A DNA stretch of 56,895 nt from Chiloscyllium plagiosum (taxonomy: Eukaryota): assembly GCF_004010195.1 (NCBI RefSeq), contig NC_057719.1, positions 10,193,300-10,250,194 of the forward strand. The letters are read 5' to 3'. Under the pieces are notes generated by a model that did no database searches, had not been told where the DNA came from, and saw only the letters and a list, made by a program, of their open reading frames with translations. Each line of letters opens with the position of its first letter. Within the stretch, counting starts at the first letter, position 1. Below are positions 48,506 to 56,895 of this stretch, one piece after another. The position numbers and the translations under genes are program-made.

Positions 48506-49329
48506 GGCCCATCCCAAATAGGTGCTGCTCCAACCGATTCTGAGACATAAGGACCCAGGAAATGTCCAGGGAGCCAGGAAAGGTAACCTAATACTGGGAT
48601 TAGGGCTGAGGAAAAGCCCTGATCCATGGTGATTGGAAGAAGCCAGATGCCAGCGTAATGGAGGGAGAAGGTGTCTTGTGCAACTGAGCAAAGTTTTGGT
48701 GGGGGGGAGGAAGGAGAGTAGAAAAGAAGGCACATCCATAAATGTTTTGCCGTTCTAGCTTCCACCACCATATTGAAAAATGTCAGTATTGTTGAACACA
48801 GCAAGTTCTTGCTCGTAAATTAACCTTGAGGCTAAGTTAAACCTTGCTTTCTCATCTTTTATATTTCTGATAGCTTGGGAATACATTTATCGCATCTCCC
48901 CAAGTAACAAAATTAAATGCATGCACTTTGTCCCTGACTTCAAGCATGCACCAGACAGGAAGAATGCAAACTGCAAACCCATTTGATAAGATGCTTCCCT
49001 GTGGTGGAATGACCTGCTAACTCTCATTGTCTCAGCCTCCATATGAAGACAAGCTGCTTGGATTGGGTCCTGAACAGCATCAAATCCCTGTGGAACTATT
49101 CTCTGTGTAAGTCAGTGCTTTCGAAGAAGAGGAGGAGGAAATCAGAGCAGTTAAAATCTCGGGCGATTGATAAATCTTTAAAGTGGCAGGCTGGAAAATA
49201 GATCAGCCTCACAAACTGATAATTTTATAAGTGATCAAATTCATAATGCATCCATCTATCCAGTGAATCACAACAAAATGGAGAATGATACAGAAACAAT
49301 CAGAGAGTCAGTCATTTTAACATAAGCTT

Positions 49330-49682
49330 GTTCCAGGTCTTTAAACTAACAGATGTGATTCAATAATGGGGCAACACTTGCCAAACAATCCTAACTGTGC
49401 TAAAAAGCTACATCAGCAACCAAATTAAGAAAATCAGTGGAACTCATTAATACTTGCTAGAAGCAACATAAATTCACACAGAGATACCTGTTTCCTGCAA
49501 ATAGAAGGAATTAGTTTAAGCTTTGCACTTGTTTTAATTGCCCAGCAGTTTGGAATCCTATTGTTCCCAGTTGCTTTCCCTGAGCCAAGACCTCCACTAA
49601 TCAGAATTGCCAAGCAATCCTTTTCTCCAGCAGTATAAATAGTTGTGAGAGTTTGAAATTAGGCATGCTTGCATTCAGTCTG
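49330..49682 (+). mobile_element. Old PLE (family F) GIY-YIG C-terminal fossil and 3' region
   Basis: RCDSIMGQHLPNNPNCAK..LLEAT*IHTEIPVSCK*KE resembles the PLE SAI..HL..E..I..P.L..Q pattern. Confidence 0.55.
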
Positions 49683-51084
49683 TAATTTACCATTCAGATT
49701 ATGAAAATGTATAGAGTTAGGTTAGCTGATTCAAAATTGAGGGCATCCTGGTTAAAATTGCAACGTTGCAAAGTGTGTGTGTGTGTGTGTGTAGCAAAGG
49801 GGATTAATTACACTCTTAGAGTTGGAATCTAAAATCGGCTTTGTTACTGTTATGCATCAACCTTTATTTCCACTAATTCTGCTGGTCAAGGGACACAGAA
49901 TTGCAGAAGGCGAGTTACTCGTCGAATGATGGCCACCCAGTCGCATTTCACGAAACCCTCCCACCCTGAGCCTCTACTTTATCTCCCTGTAAACCATACA
50001 AATTTGATGTGATATATGGTCATGCACTTCAACAGAATTAATTTTGCCGAGCTGTGAAAAAGCTGGGCTGAGAGACTTATTTGAATTAATCATTCCAGGA
50101 GCTGCCATGGTGTCAGCAGGCTGACTGGCCTCCTCTGGTTTGCCAAGACCTTGTAACCTTGCACATGTTTGCAGGTTTTTGATTTTCTTGGTTTTAAGTA
50201 AATGCAAACATCAGCAACAATTTAGAAAAAAATGTATTTTCATAACAGTAATATGCCGGCAACAATCTATGGGCAAATAAATTGCTTTTTTCATTGATCA
50301 ATCGAAACAAAGATAGACCACATCTGTTTGAGCCTTCCCTCAGGGATGTGCCATTGGCACTGCAGTAGGTATATTCATGAAACAGATGTTGAAGACTTAA
50401 AATCACATTTATGGAAATTGAATTCTCTATAATCTTTACCTAACATTGCTATTGAATGAAAACCACGTGTCATTTTAGCAATTATTCCAAAATGCGTATA
50501 ATTAAAATTGCTCTTATTCCAATATGCGTATAATTAAAATTGCTCTTGGGAGAGAGTGAAACACCACAAATGGGGAAAGTGAATAGTGCCGAGGGACCAA
50601 GCATTGAATGAATCAGTAAAACCCAAACATGTAGGATAAATGCAGGAACAGCAGAGGTGCTCGTTAAGATAAGTTTGAGATGAGAATAGAAAGCCATGTG
50701 ATGTTAGTTTGGCAAATTGCAAATTTGTTTTCGGATGCTGTAGCCTCAGGGCTCCAATGTGTTTTATTGATGTCTTCCTATTAAATAATGGAGAGCTCAA
50801 CTCAACCACTTTGTGTCCTGACTGCACCAGAAAGAGTCGAGAGAAAACCCAAACAAAACACACACCGCCATTCGGGAAAATGTTCACAGACAAAACCTTT
50901 TTACCACTAAACGAATTGAAGTTTTACCTCAAGATTGTAGGTAACTTTGTTTTTCTGAGATTACCTGTGTCTTTAACCCTTCCCTCATGATTCAACTGCT
51001 TCCTGTGTTGAGAACTCCAGAGGCTCACCACTCTCTGTGTGAAAACAATTCTCCTCATGTTATTCCTAAATGGTTCATCATGCA

Positions 51085-51990
51085 TTCACCACAAAGGGAT
51101 ACAGGAAAGCCATACACACAGACCAAGTCCTGAACTACAAAAGCAACCACTCCAACACACACAAAAGAAGTTGCATCAAGACACTATTCAAAAGGGCCAC
51201 AACACACTGCAGTACACCAGAACTGCAAAAAGAGGAAGAACACCTATACAATGTATTCGCCAAAAACGGATACCCCCGCAATTTCATCAACAGATGCCTA
51301 AGGGAAAGACAACGGAATGAGGACATGCCGCAACCCAAAGGACTAGCCACACTACCATACATCAAAAACATTTCTGAACTGACAGCCAGACTACTGCGAC
51401 CACTAGGACTCATAACAGCACACAAACCAACAACCACTCTCAGACAACAACTCACCAGAACAAAGGACTCAATACCCAGCATGAGCAAAACCAATGTAGT
51501 GTACAAAATCCCATGCAAGGACTGCACAAAACACTACATAGGACAAACAGGAAGACAGCTAACGATCCGCATCCATGAACACCAACTAGCCACAAAACGA
51601 CACGACCAGCTATCCTTAGTAGCCAAACGCAGATGACAAGCAACATGAATTCAACTGGGACAACACTACTATTATAGGACAAGCCAAACAGAGAACAGCC
51701 AGGGAATTCCTAGAGGCATGGCACTCATCCACAGATTCAATCAACAAGCACATCAACCTGGACCCAATATACCGACCACTGCAACGGACAGCTGGAACTG
51801 ACAACCGGAAGCGGCAGATTCAAACCACTATAAATGCCGGAGGAAAGATCACAGAAGTGCTTCACAGGAGGCTCCCAAGCACTGAGGATGTCACCTCGAC
51901 AGGGGACGAAACGTCTGCAACACAAATTCCCAGCTCGGCGAATAGAACCACAACAACGAGCACCCGAGCTACAAATCTCACAAACTTTGA
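51085..51990 (+). mobile_element. PLE family B 5'-truncated copy acting as the upstream pseudo-LTR
   Basis: YRKA.HTDQVLNYKSNH..LPYIKNISE..NVVYKIPCKDCTKHYIGQTGRQLTIRIHEH (thumb + GIY-YIG), then TATAAA, HHR and tail. Confidence 0.93.
51879..51918 (+). ncRNA. Minimal type I hammerhead ribozyme (family B)
   Basis: GCA CTGAGGA t GTC.CCT-cgac-AGG.GAC GAAA CG TC TGC; predicted cleavage after C51915. Confidence 0.88.
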
Positions 51991-53998
51991 ACACCTACGG
52001 GTGAGAGACGCTAAGACAAGCCAGGAAATGGGAATCCTGTGCCAACCGCCTAAGCGCCACATACAAACAACTCCGGCTCCTGCATGAATGCCGAAAGAAT
52101 CAAATCCTTCCACCATGTGTCAGATACAGACCGCCAGTCAACAACCTACAAGCCAGGGACACAGCCAGACAGAACGTATTCAGGATGATCCAGGTAATGC
52201 TTATAGATGCTCACAACAGACTTCACAAATACAGACAAGAAACTGCGCGCCAAAAATCGTTAATTTCAAAAACCACCAATCAGGAATGGACCCAGACCAT
52301 AGAACGGGCTGTCACCATAGGACAGAACAGGACCACACACCGCAAAAAAACGTCACTAAAAGAAAAAATGGCCAAACTAACACACAAACAATACTGGCCA
52401 AGGGACTCAACTACAACCAAAGGCACGCCTAGACAGCAGACTTCCTAGCAGCACTAGAATGCACACTCAGGAACAATGGACTGACAGAGAGACACAACAA
52501 ACAGTGAGACAAAGTATCGTACCCTGATAACAAGGAAAAGACAAACATATAACCTCAACACCAAGGAGAGGAAAGCACTAAAATCACTAAGAAACAATAA
52601 GAACATAATCATACTACCAGCAGACAAAGGCAGAATGACGGTCATCCTGGACAAAGCAGACTGCATCCAAAAAGTGCAACAACTACTTGCAGATACCAAC
52701 ACCTACCAAAAGAGGGAGTTTGACCCCACGCCACAGCTCACCAATAGGATAAACAACACACTGAGGAACCTATAAAAAAACGGACAGATAACCAGGTCTG
52801 ACCTACAAAGAATGAAACCTGAAAGCAACAACACCCCCAGATTCTATGGACTACCTAAAGTGCACAAACCAGACATCCCACTCAGACCCAGAGTATCACT
52901 ACCAGGGACACCATCACACAAACTAGCTAAAGAACNNNNNNNNNNNNNNNNNNNNNNNNNNNNNNNNNNNNNNNNNNNNNNNNNNNNNNNNNNNNNNNNN
53001 NNNNNNNNNNNNNNNNNNNNNNNNNNNNNNNNNNNNNNNNNNNNNNNNNNNNNNNNNNNNNNNNNNNNNNNNNNNNNNNNNNNNNNNNNNNNNNNNNNNN
53101 NNNNNNNNNNNNNNNNNNNNNNNNNNNNNNNNNNNNNNNNNNNNNNNNNNNNNNNNNNNNNNNNNNNNNNNNNNNNNNNNNNNNNNNNNNNNNNNNNNNN
53201 NNNNNNNNNNNNNNNNNNNNNNNNNNNNNNNNNNNNNNNNNNNNNNNNNNNNNNNNNNNNNNNNNNNNNNNNNNNNNNNNNNNNNNNNNNNNNNNNNNNN
53301 NNNNNNNNNNNNNNNNNNNNNNNNNNNNNNNNNNNNNNNNNNNNNNNNNNNNNNNNNNNNNNNNNNNNNNNNNNNNNNNNNNNNNNNCTACCATACATCA
53401 AAAACATTTCTGAACTGACAGCCAGACTACTGTGACCACTAGGACTCATAACAGCACACAAACAACAGCCACTCTCAGACAACAACTCACCAGAACGAAG
53501 GACCCAATACCCAGCATGAGCAAAACCAATGTAGTGTACAAATCCCATGCAAGGACTGCACAAAACACTGCATAGGTCAAACAGGAAGACAACTAACGGT
53601 CCACATCCATGAACACCAACTAGCCACGAAACGACACGACCAACTATTCTTAGTAGCCACACGCACAGATGACAAGCAACATGAATTCGATTGGGACAAC
53701 ACTACTATTATAGGACAAGCCAAACAGAGAACAGCCAGGGAATTCCTAGAGGCATGGCACTCATCCACAGATTCAATCAATAAGCATATCAACCTGGACC
53801 CAATATACCGACCACTGCAACAGACAGCTGGAACTGACAACCGGAAGGGGCAGATTCAAACCACAACAAATGCCGGAGGAAAGATCACAGAAGCGCTTCA
53901 CAGGAGGCTCCCAAGCACTGAGGATGTCACCTAGACAGGGGACGAAACGTCTGCAACACAAATTCCCAGCTCGGCGTACAGAACCACAACAACGAGCA
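51888..53998 (+). pseudogene. Near-full-length PLE family B ORF (N-terminus, RT, GIY-YIG), disrupted; RT core falls in the gap at 52936-53387
   Basis: TYG*ETLRQARKWE..LHECRKNQILP; LAKGLNY; IILPADKGRMTVILDK; PRFYGLPKVHKPDIPLRP; LPYIKNISE; frameshifted GIY-YIG. Confidence 0.9.
53915..53954 (+). ncRNA. Minimal type I hammerhead ribozyme (family B)
   Basis: GCA CTGAGGA t GTC.CCT-agac-AGG.GAC GAAA CG TC TGC, intact. Confidence 0.88.
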
Positions 53999-54826
53999 GT
54001 CTATGCCAAACCATGTTTCCAAACTAAACTAGTCCCACATGCTTGCGCTTGGTCCATATCCATCCAAACCATTCGTGTTCATGTATTTATCCAAATATCT
54101 TTGAAACATTGTAACTGTACCTACATCCACCAGTTTCTCTGTCAGTTCATTCCACATACTAACCACTCTCTGCGTAAAAAAGTTACCCCTCATGATCTTT
54201 TTAAACCTTTCTCCTCTCACTTTAAAAATATGCCCCCTTGTTTTGAACACCTCCCATCATAGGAAAATGACCCTTGTCATTCACCTTATCTATCCCTCTA
54301 ATGATTTTATAAACCTTAAAAAAATCACCTCTCAATCTCCTATGTTCCAGTGAAGAGTCTCAGCCTCTCCAGTCTAATTTTATATCTCAAACCCTCCATG
54401 CCACAACATCCTGGTAAATCCTTTCCTGAATCTTATCTAGTTTAATAATATCCTTGCTGTAACAGGCAACCCGAACTGCCCACAGTACTTCAGAAGAGGC
54501 CTCATCAACACCCTGTACAACCTCAACATAACGTCCCAACTCCTGTAGTCAATGGTCTGAGCAATGAATGCAGGCGTGCTAAACACCTTCTTAACTACCC
54601 TGTCTACGTATGACACAAATTACAAAGAATTATGCACATGAACCCCTGGGTCTCTCTGATCTACCCAGGGCCCCACCATTTACTGAGTAAGTCCTGCCCA
54701 CGTTTGTTTACCAAAATGAAATACCTCACATTTATTCAAATTAAACTTCATTGGCCACTCCTCAGCGCGTTGATCGAATTGATCAAGATCTCTTTGTAAT
54801 CTTGGATAACTTTCTTCATTGTTCAC
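53999..54826 (-). mobile_element. CR1/HER1 fragment
   Basis: FKTRGHIFKVRGERFKKIMRGNFFTQRVVSMWNEL. Confidence 0.9.
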
Positions 54827-55233
54827 TCGGTTTTTTAAAGCTTTCATGACTGTTTATTGTCTTCTTTTCTATATTTTGGCCCATCTAAGTATCGACATCA
54901 TGTATTCTATTCTACACCATTTCACTCAATCACCACTGATCGTCATTTGCTCCGGTTCATCTTTGTTTTTAAATCCCTTTATGGACCCACTCTCCTTCAT
55001 TCTCTTACTTCCGAATGCAATGCGAATTATTTTTACACCTTGGAGCAAATGCAGATTTCCATACCAGTTTTGATGCACGCAGGATATTAAGTTACTAGAG
55101 ATTTTGTAAAATATCTGACGTACTTGTAGGTTTTTGGTTCCAGCAACGTTTAGCATTTATTTACCTTTTCTCTGCCTCCAAAGCCAGCCTAAACCAATCA
55201 AAAACAATGAGCATCAGCAGTAAACAGACTTAC

Positions 55234-55804
55234 CCCACGCTCCTGATCTTTGGGCACCTGGTACGGAGGAGGGAGGGCAGGTCTGAAGACCTCCTCGTGG
55301 GTCTGCTCCTGGGCCTGGCCAAACTGGCCATTAACAGGTCCAGGCAGCGGGCCGTGGAGGGGGTCGTTAGGGCCGACTGCCTGACCCTCTTCCGCGGTTA
55401 CGTTAAAGCCCGGGGTGTCCTTGGAGAAGGAGCACGCGGTGTCCACCAACACCCTGGAGTTGTTCAGGGAGAGGTGGGCACCGCAGGGAGTGGAGTGCAT
55501 CATTTCTCCCTCCAACTCTATTTTGATTTAGTCCCTACCCTCCCCTTCACTGTTTTGATCACACAGCACTGCCCTTTGATGTGAAGGGCAGTGTTTGTCA
55601 CTGGCCACCCTGGTGTTTTCCTATCTTCCTGGTGGTGGAATTTGAATAAAGATTGGTGCACTTTGTGTCTTTCACTGTGTCTCACACCTGCACACACACA
55701 CCATGGGTGCTGGGGAAAAAAATAAGCACTACCGCACTTAGGTGGTAGTGTGGGGGTTTAAAAAAAAAAGGAAAAGAAAAAAAAGAAAAAAAAAGGAAAA
55801 AAAA
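55234..55804 (+). mobile_element. Tx1-clade LINE, 5'-truncated ORF2 C-terminus + 3' UTR + poly(A)
   Basis: PTLLIFGH..DLLVGLLLGLAKLAINRSR..CLTLFRGYVKAR (typical Tx1 C-terminus); 13-bp TSD TAAACA(G/T)ACTTAC at 55221-55233 and 55805-55817. Confidence 0.9.
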
Positions 55805-55837
55805 TAAACATACTTACACAATCAAAAAAATAACAAT

Positions 55838-56345
55838 TTGGGGAGGTGATGGCTTAGTGCTATTATCACTGGACTGTTAATCAAGAGACCAGGTAATATT
55901 GTGGGGACCAGGGCAGATGGTGAAATTTGAATTCGATAAAAATCTGGAATTAACAGTGTAACTGTTTTTTATTCATTCATGGTATGGGGACATGACTGGC
56001 TAGGTCAACATTTATTGCCCATCCCTAATGACCCAAGGGCAGTTAAGAGTCAACTGCATTGCTGTGGGTCTGGAGTCACTTGCAGGCCAGGCCAGGTAAG
56101 AATGGCAGTTTCCTCCCCTAAAGGACATTGGATGACCATGAATCTATTGTTGGTTGTTGGAAAAACCCATCTGGTTCACTAATGTCCTTTAGAGAAGGAA
56201 ACTGCCAACTTCCATGATATGGCCTATATATGACTCCAAACTCACAGCAATGTAGTTGACTCTTAACTGCACTCTGGGTAATTAAGGATGGGCAATAAAT
56301 GTTGGCCTAGCCAGTGATGCTGTCATTCCGTGAATGAAAAAGAAA
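55838..56345 (+). mobile_element. tRNA-derived SINE with a nested antisense related fragment (55965-56135)
   Basis: GGGGAGGTGATGGCTTAGTG head; tail GGG.AATTA.GGATGGGCAATAAATG..GAATGAAAA. Confidence 0.78.
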
Positions 56346-56472
56346 AACTGATCTCTACAATGTACAATATTAAATTTCACCCCCTCTAGCCTGGGTTAAA
56401 CATTGTGTCAGATGTAAAGGATTAGTATTTTCACCATCGATACAACCCATACTCTCCAACACTTGCTCAACA

Positions 56473-56561
56473 GGGTGGCACAGTGGCTCAGTGGTTAGCA
56501 CTGCTGCCTCACAGCGCCAGGGGTGTGGGCTCAATTCCAGTCTTGAGTGACTGACTGTGTG
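56473..56561 (+). mobile_element. HE1 SINE head interrupted by CR1
   Basis: GGGTGGCACAGTGGCTCAGTGGTTAGCACTGCTGCCTCACAGCGCCAGGG. Confidence 0.85.
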
Positions 56562-56895
56562 AACATAGAACATGGAATAATACAGCACAGAACAGGCCCT
56601 TCGGCCCACGATGTTGTGCCGAACATTTGTCCTGGCTTAAGCACCTATCCATATACCTACCCAATTGCCGCTTAAAGGTCACCAATGATTCTGACTCCGC
56701 CACTCCCACAGGCAGCGCATTCCATGCCCCCACCACTCTCTGGGTAAAGAACCTACCCCTGACATCCCCCCTAGACCTTCCACCCTTCACCTTAAATTTA
56801 TGTCCCCTTGTAACACTCTGTTGTACCGGGGAAAAAGTTTCTGACTGTCTACTCTATCTATTCCCCTGATCATCTTATACACCTCTATCAAGTCA
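56562..56895 (-). mobile_element. CR1 3' end (runs off the window)
   Basis: RGDVRGRFFTQRVVGAWNALP; (TTCTATG) tail. Confidence 0.9.

Noticed and set aside
55805..55820. ATACTTAC as a U1 snRNA 5' end, suggesting a U1-targeting Tx1
   Set aside because: The match is only 8 nt, does not continue as U1 (CTGGCAGG), and the other TSD copy reads AGACTTAC.

Overview
This is not a prokaryotic window. It is repeat-dense vertebrate genomic DNA, most likely from a shark or other cartilaginous fish (HE1-type SINEs, HER1/CR1 LINE tails, Deu-domain SINE remnants), with four N gaps. I found no host protein-coding exon I can support; nearly all ORF-track entries are transposon fragments or noise. The window is a mosaic of CR1 LINEs, tRNA-derived SINEs, Rex1, L2, RTE and Tx1 fragments, solo LTR-like elements, a Tigger-like MITE and a 2.1-kb 34-bp satellite. 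The main signal is at least five Penelope-like element (PLE) families carrying minimal type I hammerhead ribozymes (HHR). They recur as HHR-centred, asymmetric palindromic mini-insertions with 11-17 bp target-site duplications (TSDs). In one near-full-length PLE the predicted start codon lies inside the ribozyme core, upstream of the cleavage site. A Tx1 LINE has inserted at the equivalent site in two copies of an LTR-like repeat, and the satellite appears seeded from a retroposon 3' tail. Family labels A-F are my own, and boundaries are approximate unless a TSD is given.
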